From: Chrysomallon squamiferum
Taxonomy: Eukaryota; Animalia; Mollusca
Direction of reading: 5' to 3'
DNA: 64,000 nucleotides
Assembly (NCBI GenBank): GCA_012295275.1
Contig: CM022674.1
Coordinates: forward strand, 7,068,001-7,132,000
A program made the position numbers and the translations under genes. The first letter of the stretch is position 1. The number at the start of each line of letters is the position of its first letter. A model generated the notes under the pieces. It was not told the DNA's origin, made no database searches, and worked only from the letters and a program-made list of their open reading frames with translations. Below, one piece after another: positions 34,718 through 49,100 of the stretch.

Positions 34718-37700
34718 TAGGTATAATTTCTTTCATTTTCCAAGTATTAAACTTTTTAACTTTTGCTAGCCTATTATATCACTATACAAGTGTGCAAGCA
34801 TGTATGTAGGTGTGTGTTTATGTGTATTTATTTATTTACTTATTTACATTTGTTGTTTTGTGTTACCTTTTCCAAGTACACGAGCCAGCCATTAGCTTGT
34901 AGAAATCTGTTCACTGAGGCTGGGTGGATGTGGGCCATGCCCTGCGCAGTCTCAACTACACAGACATTCTGAGTAGGATTGGCAGCAGCATCTACAGCAG
35001 GCGTTGACGTCGTCTTGGCAACGTTGGGGTACAGACCAGCTGTCAGGACAGCCTTGAGAATGGCAATGGTCTCTAGGTCAAGGCCATGACCCTGAACTGA
35101 TGAATCAGCAATGTCAAGGACACCGTCTTTGCTAAAAGTCTTTTTTGAGCGTTTGGGTTTCATTTCGGTGAAACCGATAGAGTTAACAAGTTTTACTAGG
35201 TCTTGTTTGACATTCTGAAAGCAAAAATGTTAAAAATCAACACTTTTATTTATTTATTTATTTATTTTTTTTTTTTTCAGAAATCAGAAGAGTAAATTAC
35301 AATAAATGGATGAATCTGCAGGAGTGAAATATCAGTGTGTTTATGATAATTTTGTTTTAAAATCACATACAGGGGGGAGTCTGCAGTATACAGTGTCAAT
35401 CAAGCATGAAAACACAACAAATAACACAATTTTGTTCTACAAAGAGGAATTAATGTAAACAAAACAGGTAAGTTCCAGACACAGCAGAATTTCATGACTT
35501 AACTTAAATAAATATAACTAGAGTGTACCTGCGGACAATAAATGAATAATAATGTGTGTTGTGTGTGTATGTGTGTGTATGTGAGTATGTCTGTGTGTGA
35601 ATTTTTTTTAGAAAAAGCTCACCTCTATATCAAGCAAAGTGTTTCTCTTTAGAAAATTCTGGTAACAATATTTTAACTCTGCTTGTCTCCCCTGAGATTT
35701 AGCCTTCTTCCAGCTGAAAGATCAGTTATGTTTCAATTAATTGTAAAAATTTTTAAACATTACTAATCATAATCATTTTAATAATAATAATAACATTATT
35801 TATGTTGTTATTATCATCGCCACTATCATGATATTAATATTAAAATTTCAAAAATCTTTTTAGTTTTAAATACAACATTTTTATTTCATGATACAAAATT
35901 ATTTTATTTAGATTATAACTGTTACTAATACTTTTAATACACAAAAACACACACACACTTAAATAATTATAACTATTTATTAATAATTTGAACACACAAA
36001 CAAAGACGTATATGAAAAGTTTTTAAAAATACTGTTTTCCAAACGTTACCCTTCATAAGCTCTGTAAAGTGTGAGGTGATCGGAACATGCCACTGCCAGG
36101 TTTTGCTTTGCAGTGTTGGCGAGATCTTTCTTGTTGAGAGGAACTTGAAACGGAGACTTGTCTGTCATTGCAGCTGCTATCACAGCCTGAAACACATCAT
36201 CAACTTTTAGCTTAATTCAAAAACAACACAGGTATGTATAGTGTTGTTTAAACAGTAAACAAATATATGTGTGTATGTGTTTGTGTGTGTTTTAGATATA
36301 TAGAGACAAACACAGATATATATTGTGTTTGTGTGTAAAATGTAGTAATCTTTAATTGTTTCTCTGTGTGGTGTTTTTTGCATGCATGTATGACTGTGTG
36401 TGTGTGTGTGAAAATTTGTGTGTTTTTGTTTGTGTGTAAAATACAGTAATCTTTAATTGTGTGTTTCTTCGTAAGTTGATTAAAAGTGTGTATTCGTGTG
36501 TTTGTGTATATATAAAAATACTAACCACTTGCTCAAGACATCCAAATATTGCTCCAAACAGCAGCATTTTCCCAATCCGGACATTGACCGGTAACGCAGC
36601 AAGGTGATGACCCAGTGGGGTCAAAGTGCAGTCGTCAACCTCGCAGGCACCAACCTCTCGCAGCAACGCCAGCGCACGTGACGTCACCTGGGGCTGAGGG
36701 GGGTCCAGAGCTTGAGATAAAAAGTCGACTGGTTTCCCAAATTTGCATTTCATAATGTTCAGACAAAGCTCTTCGAGGGGAACACGCAGCAGTTCCGGTA
36801 GAGTGTATGGCCGGAAGTTCTGATACCTGAACAACATTAAATAGCAAAAAATAAAATAAAATAAAATAAATATTAAATAAATATTAAATAAAAGTTAAAA
36901 AAAGTTAAACACAAAACTCCAAAATATTGAATAAAATAAATAAATACAAGATGTTAAATAAATAAAAAAATAATTAAACACAAAAATAAGATAAAATAAA
37001 TACAAACATTAAATAAAATAAACAGACTTGAAAATAAAAATTAAATAAATAATACAAAAATAAAATAAAATGAAATAAATAAATAAATAAATAAAATAAA
37101 ATAAATACAAATACTAAATAATATAAAAAATTAAATAAACACAAATAAAAAATAAAATAAATTAAAATAAAATGAGTACAAAAACAAATAAAAACCAAAA
37201 ACCCACCAATACAAATTAAAATTAAATATATAATATTTTCTCCGAATTTAATTATTTTTATATTACACTGCATGGACACACTAAATATAAATAAATTTAA
37301 TTTGTGTGTAAACGACTCACATCTGCTGCGTGTAGAGTCGAAAACAAAATCCACTCTGAACGCGACCTGCACGACCTTGTCTCTGTTTGGCGTTCGCTTT
37401 TGCTATAAACACTTCCTCCAGACTGGACATCTGACTCGTCTCTATGTACCTGATTTATTATTAAAAACATACTTAGTTTAAATTTAAATACAGAAACACA
37501 AGGTTTATATTTAAATACAGAAACACAAGATTTAAAATTAAATACAGAAACACAAGGTTTAAATTTAAATACAGAAACACAAGGTTTAAATTTAAATACA
37601 TAAGTACAGTAACATGATATTTAAATTTAAATACAGAAACACAAGGTTTAAATTTAAATATCAAAACAGAAACATGATATTAAAATTTAAATATAGAAAC

Positions 37701-38808
37701 ATTACATTAAAATTTAAATACAGAAACACAAGGTTTAAATTTAAATATCAAAACAGACACATTATATTAAAATTTAAATTCGGAAACACAAGGTTTAAAT
37801 TTAAACATTAAAACAGAATATTAAAAATACATAAGTAATAAATACATTTTTTAAAAATAAAAATAAAAATACAGAAACACAATATTTAAATTAAAACATT
37901 GAAACAAGATTTAAATATAAATAACCAAGCAGTAAACAAACAAAATTTAAAAAAAATAATTAAAAAAATAAAACCATCTCACACACAAACACACAAGTTA
38001 TTATATAAATAAGTTAAAATTATTTTTAAAAAATATAAAAAAAACCTCACCTGATTTCTTTTGCTTTGCCGCTGTCTATGACAAAGACGATGTCTGGTAT
38101 TGTGATTCCAGTCTCTGCGATGTTTGTAGCTAAAACAATTTTTCTGATTCCGTCTGGTGGAGTAGAGAAAGCTTTAGACTGGTCCTCTGAAGACAAGACT
38201 GAGTGCAGAGCCAGAATCATAAACCTGAAAACACATATTTAAAATTTTTAAACTAAGAAAAATAATCAGTCTGTCACGTAACATCAACATTTTAAACATT
38301 TTTTTTTTTTTCAAATTGTAATTTATCAGTGAAAATTTTAAAATTAATAAAATCATTATTATCTGCAATTCAAATTTTAAGATAATAAAATAAAAATATA
38401 TAATATAATATAATGCTCAAAACTTTAAAACTAACAAAAATAATTATAATCTGTGGTTTAACTTTTATATTTTAAGATAATAAAATAAAATAAAAGTTAT
38501 AAAAATAAAAAATCAAAACTTTAAAATAAACAAAACAATTATTTGTGATGCAACATCAAAATATTTAAACTAATATATATGTAAAATAAAACTTCAAACT
38601 GTACAAAAATGACAAAATTATAAATATAGATAGTTTGTTTTTATTTTTTTATTAATGTTAAATTAATGTTTTATTATTATTATTATTATATAATAGTTGT
38701 CATTGTTGTTATTGTTATTACTGTTATGGTTCTTATTATTATAATTATTATAATTACTATTACTATTATTATTATAAATACCACTATTATTACTGTCTAC
38801 TTTTATTA

Positions 38809-38842
<34 letters not shown>

Positions 38843-40676
38843 GATTATTACTTTTATTATTATTACTACTATTACTACTACTACTAATATTACCTTACCT
38901 AATATCATTATTAATACTTGTGTTGTTGTTTTTATTACTATCATTATTATTACAATTAAAATTATTATTATTATTAATATATTCACCTATTGGGATCAGA
39001 AAAAACCCTGTCAGACTGAAGATTCTCATAAAGTTCTTGAATGTCAGATAAACCTGGCAGAAACACAAGAACAGCGCCCTCTAGCTGTTTAAACTGTTCA
39101 TCTTTAGTCAGATGAGTGAGTAACTCCTGAAAATAAATAAAATATAAAATTACATTAATGAATAACACCAGCATTAATAATAATTATAATAAATGTAAAA
39201 TTGTAACAATTACATTGATTAATAATAATCATTAATAAGAATCATTGCTAATGTAAAATTATAAAAATTACATTAATTAACAAAGCAACATTAATAATAA
39301 TTACGATTAATGTAAAATTATAATAATTACATTAATTAATAACAGCAACATTAATAATATTAGTTATTGTAAAATTATAATAATTACATTCATTAATAAT
39401 AGCAATATCAATAATTATTGTTAATGCAAAAATATATTCAGATATCATAAAACAAATTTACCATTATTTATTTATTTAACTATTAATATTTATAATAAAA
39501 AATGAATAATAATTTTGTTTAAATTACGTTATTTTTAAATAACAAGGCAGTACCTACCATTATCAAGTCCATGTTGATGCGATCCACATTAAGTCTAGTG
39601 ACAGCATTTCTTGTTCTTAAACTGTACTTGTCTGCACAGAGGTCTGTCTGGATTAATTTTTAAAATATTTTATTATTTTGTCTAAATAAATAAACAAACA
39701 TAATTATCTGGTAAATAATAAACAAATAAATAATTATACAGTAAAAAAAAAAAAAATGTTGTATTAATTACACACACCCACTAAATAATAATTAAATATA
39801 AATGTTTAAAAAAGTAATAATAATAATTTACATATTTTAATTTGAACTAAGTAATTTTTAAAAAACATCTGATACTGAAATAAATTCTATATCCAATATA
39901 ATTTTTAAAGATTGTAATAATAATTAAATATATTTATTTATTTACAAGCAGTTAACAATGGGTCTGAAATTATTATCTGAAATAAGAATTAAATTTAAAA
40001 TAATAATAATAATAATAATTATAAATTAAAAAATTAAAATATTACAATACAACAAAAAAATGTAGAATAAATTTTAAAAGTTGAATTAAACGCTGAAATA
40101 TTGTTTTTTACAAATATATTTTTCAGTATTTTAAAAATAAAATACAAATTACCTGATCTAATTTACTAATGTCATCTTTAGTCCAGTAAACATTCAGCTG
40201 AGTTGTCTCCCCTCTTTGCTCTGTAATCTGAAGGGTGGCACTGTCTTCCTATTAATAAAAAATTAACAAATTATAAGTCTTCAGTATATCTCCAGTAAAT
40301 CATTTTCACATCCACAATTATTATTATTTTTTTTTACTGTGGAAAAACATCTTGTGATTGGAAATTCTTGATTCGCCGTATCTGTAAATAATCCTGGTTT
40401 GACTGGTATTTCAATACTTCTTTAATGTAGATACTGCTATCTTCATGAATATTCATGTCAGTTGTGTCTGTGTGTTGGGTGTGTATTTTGGGTATGTGCA
40501 TTGTGTATATTGTTAGTGTTTGTTGTATTTGTCTTGTACATGTGTGTTTATGAGAAAGTGTGATTTGTGTGCATGCATGCATAAGTGCCATGTTTAAGTG
40601 TATGTGTGTGTATATGCATGTATCTCTTTGTGGATGTGCATCTATGTGTATGTTTGTGTGTGTGCATCTATGTGTA

Positions 40677-40712
<36 letters not shown>

Positions 40713-43700
40713 CATGTGTGTGTGTGTGTGTGTGTGTGCATGCAAATGTCTATTCTTTTTGTGGGATGTGCATATATGCATGAATGTGTATATTTGTATG
40801 TATGATGTATGCATGCATGTGTATATTTGTGTGTGTGTGTGTGTGTGTCTGTCTGTTTCATTAGGCAGACAATACTAAGTCAGTGTAAATTAGTAAATAT
40901 GCTAAAACAAAATAAAAACTATTTTAATTATTGAAAACGGGACCTGTATGAGACGATTAGCTCTGACTGTGTACTGAGAATCTTCATCTACCACGTAGCC
41001 TGTCATTTCAATAATGTCCTCCAGGTGAAAAATCTGCAAACAAACATCAGTAACTGTTATTGTGAATTATTAATGAACTTTAGTACTAAAGGGTGATTAT
41101 TTCACCTGACTCATCTCCTTATGTAAACCCTGATATATAACAATTAATCATGTAATGTAAAATTTAATTATATAATTTATCAGCAGAAATTACAAATATC
41201 CAGTGTTTTTTTGAAATCTTTAATAATTAAAAACTAGAAATTTTTAAATTCTTCATAAAAATAATGTTTAAATATTAAGAACTACAGAATCAATTAAAAA
41301 ATAAACATTAAATATTTGGAAAAATCTTCATAAAAATTAAAAATTAGGAATCACAAAAATAAATGAATGTTAAAACAACAGATTAATAGTATATTTTAAT
41401 AATTTCATTTTTCACTTGTATTTTTTTTTTAAAAGTGATAAATATAAAAAATCTGTAGTATTATTTTCTAAATCTTTATAATAATGAAATTTAATATAAA
41501 ACTTTTATTTTGTTTTTAAATATATATTTGAACTTTTATTTTTATTTTGTACAAATAAATCTTTAATAAACTAAAAATTTTTTAAAAAAAATTAAATATC
41601 ATATAAATTAAAAACTATATTAATCTATATATATCTTCATAACAATCAAAATAAAATATTAAAAATGTTTAAATAAATAAATTTAATAAATACATTAAAC
41701 TAAATATAAAACTATTGTTTAAAAATTTGTAAATAACAACAACAACAACAACATCAATAACAACAACATTAATAATAGTAAGAATATCAATAACTGTACT
41801 TGTATAAAACCTGCATAGTAATAATAATAATAACAACAACAACAATAACGATGATGATGATAACAACAATAATATTAACAAAGATAAGGATGAGGATGAT
41901 GATGATAATAATAACAGAACCTAACAGGACAAGAACACAAACCTCGACAGGGAAGGTTCGACCAGGGATGTTGATAACTGGACAGTGATGGAAATATGCA
42001 GAAAACTTGTCACTGTCGAGAGTAGCACTCATCAGAATGACTTTGAGGTCAAATCTTTTTTCTAAAATTCTTTTTATGACTATCAGCAAGAAGTCTGACT
42101 CCACACTCCGTTCATGGACCTGCAATTACATTAAAAACATTTTTACTGACAAACAAAAACTAAAAGATGTTTCATTTTTTTTTTAAAGATGTGTGTTTAT
42201 GAGCGTGTGAATAAAAAAATTAAATCCACTGAATGCATCAAACACATACAAACATAAATATATATATATATTAAGTTTATTTACTTTTTTTTTACCTATA
42301 ATAATATCAAGATAGTTATATATTCAAATATACATTTTTTTTAAAGTTATTATAATTTTTTTTTACGTTCCCTTAATATCACAGATATATCTTTACAAAT
42401 AAATAATAATAATTATTATTATATGAAAACACATAACTAATAATAAAAAAAACTATAAATATTTTAAAACTCAGATAAAAAATAATAATAATAAAATCAT
42501 CATAATAATAACAATAGTAATAATAAAAAAATAACAATAGTTACAATAATAATAATACTACTACTATTAATAATTTTTTTCTTGATATTTATCATACATC
42601 TCTATTAACATCTATCCAACTATTCATTATATATAATAATAAAAATTTCACAAACAAAAAAAACCCTTCCATTTTCAATAGATTCACATTTACATTCAAC
42701 TTTTTAAATAATGATGTTCATGCAAATATACATTGTGAGTTTGTGCATGTGTGTATTTTTGAGCACACATCAATGTTTCAAATTTAACTCAGATTTAAGT
42801 GTCACCTCGTCAATTATGATGTGTGTGACATCACCAAGGTCGGGTTTCTGCTGCAACTGTCTCAGCAGCACCCCAGTCGTGCAGTACAGCAGTTTGGTGT
42901 TTGGTCCTTTCTTGGCATCAAATCGAATCTGATAGCCACAGAGAGAGTCCAGCTTTCCCGGAGTGCTCTCCCCTAGTTCCTGAGAGACTCGATTGGCCAG
43001 ACTCATAGCGGAAATTCTCCGAGGCTGTGTACAGATGATGTTACATCTAGAGCCCTGGTCTGCTTTTATCATATCCTGAAATAAAAAAAATGAAAAAATT
43101 ATAAAATTAGAAATAACAATAAAATGAAATAGAAAATAAAATATGTCTGATCTAATTTTTATCGTATGTATTTATAAACAAATAAATAAAAAAAAATGAA
43201 AAAAAAAAAAAAATGATAAAAAATAAAATTAAATAAATAAAATTAAATAAAATTAAATATTAAAATGTATATAAATAAATTAAAATAAACCTGTTATAAG
43301 ATAAACTTAAGAAAGGAGGAAAAAAGTTAAATTAAATTTAAAAAAGAGTATTTAACAATAAAAAATGTAGTTATGTTTTGCACAAGAAAATTACTGTTAC
43401 TATTATTAAATGAAAATAAAATAAACAAATTATAATATAAAAATAAACTGAATAAAATATTAATAAAAATAAATTAAAATGTACACTAATTTAATAAAAA
43501 ATACTATAAAATGAATTAAAATAAAATAAAATCTAACTTGGATTATAATTAATTAATTAAACGAGTTAATAATTAAAACAAGTTAAATGTTTTCCACTAG
43601 AAACTGAAAAAATAAAACGGCATAAAATATTATTGTTCTTATTAGTCCCATTTATTATTTAATCTTTTTCAAATTATTATTATTTTTATTATTATTTTAT

Positions 43701-46066
43701 TATTATACCATCATCACCATTTTATTACCATTATTTATTATTATTATTATTATTATCATTATTTTCATTATTATTTTAAAATTATTATTATTATTACTAT
43801 TATTTTATTATCATTATTAATACATTAATATTATTATTATTATTACTATTATAAAAATAAATTTAAATACTACAAACCTCCAGTACAAACTGCGGCACCT
43901 GCGTACTCTTACCACTACCTGTCTCACCAGCTACAACAACAACATTTTCGTGACACACAGTGTCCATGATGGTGCGCCGATGTTGGAAACACAGGCAGGC
44001 TGGACCGAGTGACCAGCAGCTGTTTGAACTCTGCTGACCGCTGCCGGTCATTCAACAAACTCTTTAACTGGTCACTGGTCAGTCCTTGTCTTCCCAGACG
44101 TCTGCTGGGTGTGGTCTGTTCTACTGTAGGACCCCAGAGGTCCTGAAATTGATAAAAAAAACAAAAAAAACAATTATAATGATGTAAGAGTTACTGTTTA
44201 TATTTTTCTCACAGAAACAGTTAACCTACACTTAAAATAAACATGGCCTGTGCAGGCTCAATTTATTCAGTGCAGATTCTCGTTTAAACACAATTCTGTT
44301 GTATTTTTAAATTCTGTCATTATTATTATTATTATTGTTTTATTATGAGTATCATCATCACCACTATTTTCATCATCGTTATTACTATTATCATTATTGA
44401 TAATAATATTGTTATTGTTATTATTAATATTATTATTATTATTATTAATATTGTTATTATTATTATTATTATTAATATTGTTATTTTTATTCTCATTATC
44501 AACATTATCATTACTGTTACTGTTACTATAACTATTACTATAACTATTACTATTACTATAACTATTACTATTACTATTACTATCACTATCACTATCACTA
44601 TCACTATAACTATTACTATTACTATTACTATTACTATTACTATTACTATTACTATTACTATAACTATAACTATAACTATTACTATTTAATTACTTTATCT
44701 GCCAAACTCTCCCAGGTGTCCTCTTCAGTTTCTTCCTCTCTTTGCCCCACCCTTCCTCTCTCTCCCCCATCCTCAAGCTGAAGGTTTTTCATCAGCTTTG
44801 ATATAAACTGATCTCTTGGCTTAAAAAATAGTAAACTCAGTAATTATATTTGTCAAAAAAATAAAAAAACAAAAATAATAATAAAGTAACTAATAAGGTA
44901 TCAAATAATTCATTTCCTAAAAATATATAAATATATTTTTTTTTTCAAATTTAATTATTGTATTTCAAAGTATTTAAATAAAGGAAAAAAGAAAATTTGT
45001 TTCTTAATGTTTCAGAAATTAAACAAATGAATAAACTGTGATGCAAGAATACTTTTTTTTTAAAATTATTTCATGGGTAAAATTGTTTTTGTTTTTTTTA
45101 ATAATTCTATTTCTGTATACTTCAACCCTAACTTACATCCTTATTCTCAGTCTCTCACACGACATCACACAACATCAAAATAAGAGTAAAGTTTAGACAG
45201 GTATTTTAGCAAGGTTTTAATTAAGGACTAATTACTTTGTTTTCTACTTGTTTTGCTTCTTTTTCTTTCTGAGGTTTCTGCGTCCTGCCACTCTAACCAC
45301 ACGTCTCTGTATGGAGGGGGCAACAGTGTGTACACAGACTGAAATAAACAAATAAACAAACAAATAAAGCAACAGTGTGTACACAGACTGAAATAAACAA
45401 ATAAACAAATAAATAAATCAAGCAACAGTGTGTACACAGACTGAAATAAACAAACAAAAAAAAAAATAAACACAACTGAAATAAATAAATAAATAAAAAA
45501 TAAAGCAAAAGAAAGAAAAAAAAAAAACAAAACAAATAAATAAATAAAAAAAAAAATTAAATAAATAAAGAAACAAAAATAAAATTTAAATAAATGATAA
45601 AAATCAAATCAAATAAATAAATAAATAAATAAAAAAGAAACAAATAAATAAATAAATAAATGAAATAAAAAGAAACAAACAAACAAACAAATAAATAAAT
45701 GAAAATGAAAAATGAAATAAAGAAATAACTAAATGAAAAATGAAAATAAAGAAATAAATGAGTAAAATCAAATAAATAAATAAATAAATAATAAATAACT
45801 ATGTTTATCAATAAATAAATTAAAAACTAACAAATAATAAATAAATCTAAAAAGACATTAAATTTTAAAAAGGTAACTTGCTAAATAGATAATTCAAACA
45901 AAACAGTTTTTCTCAAAGAATAAGCATTATTTTCAGAAACTCTTTAAAAAAAATATATATATATATATATGTATATATATACCATCATTTCAGTACTAAT
46001 CATCATTAAAATTAATTTGAAAAATACCTTAAAGTGTTTGATGATGAGAATTGAATCATACATCAC

Positions 46067-46124
<58 letters not shown>

Positions 46125-46135
46125 TTATCAATAAC

Positions 46136-46170
<35 letters not shown>

Positions 46171-49100
46171 TAATACTATTCTAACCAGACTAAATGTCAA
46201 GTCAAATCGCTGGCATATAAATTTCACTAAGCAGTATCTTAACAGGTCGACTGTAAAGAACTGATCTTGTGACCTATAACACTGCAGACGAGTATTCTAA
46301 CCATCAGACTACTTACCTGTCCTTTACACAGGTGATACAGAGCGAGAGTCGACGCCAAATGTTCCGCTTCTTTCACATTCTCACATAAAATCTCCGGACA
46401 GACTTCTAGCATTCCTCCTTCTTTCTTTCTATCCACTCTACATCTACAAGCGTAAATTATTTAATTTTGTTTGTATGTTTTCAAAAAAATTAACTTGTAT
46501 GTAACATAAAAATTAACCTGAGTATTTCAAAAATGATGGGATAAAATGTTTAAATATAAAAGAAAATTAAGAAACGTTTCAATGGTTACATAATGATAAA
46601 TGAAAATGTGAATTATTAAGTAAAAAAAAAACATAATAAAATAAAATAATATAAATTAAAAAATAAAATAAAATGTAAAGATAAGTAAAATTAAAGTAAA
46701 TTGAAAGCAAAATAAAATAATAAAAAATAAAATAAAATAATATATAATGTAATGTAATGTAATGTAATGTAATCTAATATAATATAATATAATATAATAT
46801 AATATAATATAATATAATATAATATAATATAATATAAAATAAAAATAAAATAACAGAAATAAAATGAAATCAAATATAATATCAGTTTAAAAAGGTGTAT
46901 TTATGGTAATTACTTTTTTATTTATAAATTTTTGCAAAATGTATCTGCCTATACAAGTGTGTGGATGTCTCCATATCCACACATTTTGTGCATCAACAAG
47001 TCTGCGCTTTTTATACTTTGTTATTGATTGTTGTGTGTGTTTATTTGTACTTGTTGTGAATATGTAAATTTTTTAAAGATTTTTTTTCTAAATAATGATC
47101 AATAAATAAAAAAAATTAACATCAAAATATTCATCTTGCTCTAAATCAAATCAATAAAAAAAAATAAAAATAAATAAACATTAGTCTATATTACTATTTA
47201 TATATGTTTATTCTACCAGGAATTAATATTTTTGAAATGTAATAATAAAAATAAATAAATAAATTTAAATATTTCATGTTAAATATGAATAAAAGTCTCA
47301 CTTGCATTTGAACTTTGCACTTTGCTGTATTTTCTGGTATTTGGGTGGGTCACTACGAGGTAGGTGCTTGCGTACCCAGTCCATGAGGAACTGTTTGGGT
47401 GACTTTCCAGTCCACTGTTGTCGGGTGTATTCAAAATGTCTGACATCCACCTTTGTCACAACTGCAGGTGCTGGGTAGGGGTGGAGACATGGAAAGTTAA
47501 AATTACCATTTTTTGTAAAAAACTATTTTTTATTTTTTTTTACTTATTTAATATTTAGTCCTCATAAATAAATAAGTATAAATTTATATAGTCCCACAAT
47601 GAATGTTTCAAATCACAGCAAAAGATTTATTATAAAGAATGAGAGCAGATGATAACACCTTTAAAAAAAAATTGTCAGTGATACTTTTCAGTGCCTCAGG
47701 AAATAAGAAATCTGTGATACCTTTCGGTGCCTCGGCTGCTACTCTTTCTTCCAAAGCTCCGAACCCGAGATCCAAACCTCCTTCATCATCAGACCCATCA
47801 CCTGATTTATCTTCTCCTTCAGCCTGTGTGTTCACTGCCTGTGTGGTATCCATGGTGACAGAGGTTGTTTCCTTGGTAGCTGGATCTTCTTTATCCAAAC
47901 CAGTGATTTTGACAGCAGGGTTAAAGTTTGGATGTTTTTCAAGTTTCTCCATTGCTGATTTTTTTGAAAATGAATTATTTACATCACTACACGTTTCAAG
48001 CTGTGTATGTTTTCATGAAAATGTATGTAAGAATATGTTTTTATTTGTTTATCCATGTGTGTCTGTCTGTTTGTATGTGTGAATGTGTCTGTCAGAATGT
48101 CTTGTTTTTGTATATCCTGCCTTTCTGTCTGAGTCTGTGTCTGTATTCATTTATATATGGAAAAGATGTTAACGTTTCTTCATTATTATGTTTAAAGCTT
48201 AAAGAAATGAAAATGGCCGACAACTTACCAACCATAATATCTCGAATGCTTTTTGATATCTTTTTTTGTTCTTCTTTGTTTCCCTGTTGCTTGGCAATGG
48301 ATGCCTGCACCTTAGCATCCAGCAGTTTTGCTGTTAGAGTTATGTACTCTTCATTCTGGAAAACAACAAAAATACAACTGAGAACTTATTTTTAAAGTAA
48401 TATTTTACAGGATTCATAACTTTCAGAAACAGAAATGATATTTTATTTTATAAGATTTTATGTTATATTATGTTATATTCATATTTAAATAGATTGTTAT
48501 TTTTATTATTTTTAAAATATTATGTTTTTTTTATATTTAAATAAAAAGTTTTTTTTGTTTTAATTTTAAGATTTTTTTAAAATTAATATAGAACTGAATA
48601 AAGGATGAAAGTTTTTCTGAATAAGAAATTTCAGAATTAATTTATATTTTGTGAGCTTTTCCAAACTGGAGAATTAGACAAGGGAAATAACCCACTGGGT
48701 CTGGCTCTTCTTCATTTTCTTCCTCTTCTGAAGATCCTTTGTCAGCAAACTGCAAGATCCAGTCTTTCAAGGATTTTTCTTTTTCCTCTTTAACAGTTTC
48801 TTTAGTCTTTGAAATAATTAATATATTTAATTAATTAAAACTTTCAAATAGTCAAAAGATATTTTTTTACATTATTAGTGGTCAGCCGAACCATTTATCC
48901 AACAAACTTTCAGACCCAAGTCGAGATTTCTAGATTTGCTGGATTTGTGGATACAGTCTAAAAAATTTATATATATGTATAATAATAAAAAAAAAAAAAA
49001 AAAACCCAATGAAAATTAAGAATGAAACAATATTTAAAAGGGTCTATTTGATTTTTATTAGTCAACTTTGAATTTTTTATAATAGAATAAGTGTCATGGA

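Noticed and set aside
40334-40470. Possible extra DHX29 cassette exon (complex end of ORF 40334-40861)
   Set aside because: Candidate boundaries do not preserve the frame or introduce a stop, and exons 16 and 17 join in phase without it
47639-48395. Plus-strand ORFs 47639-48082 and 47928-48395 (similarly 32608-32985 and 63646-63900 on the minus strand)
   Set aside because: Antisense shadows of real exons
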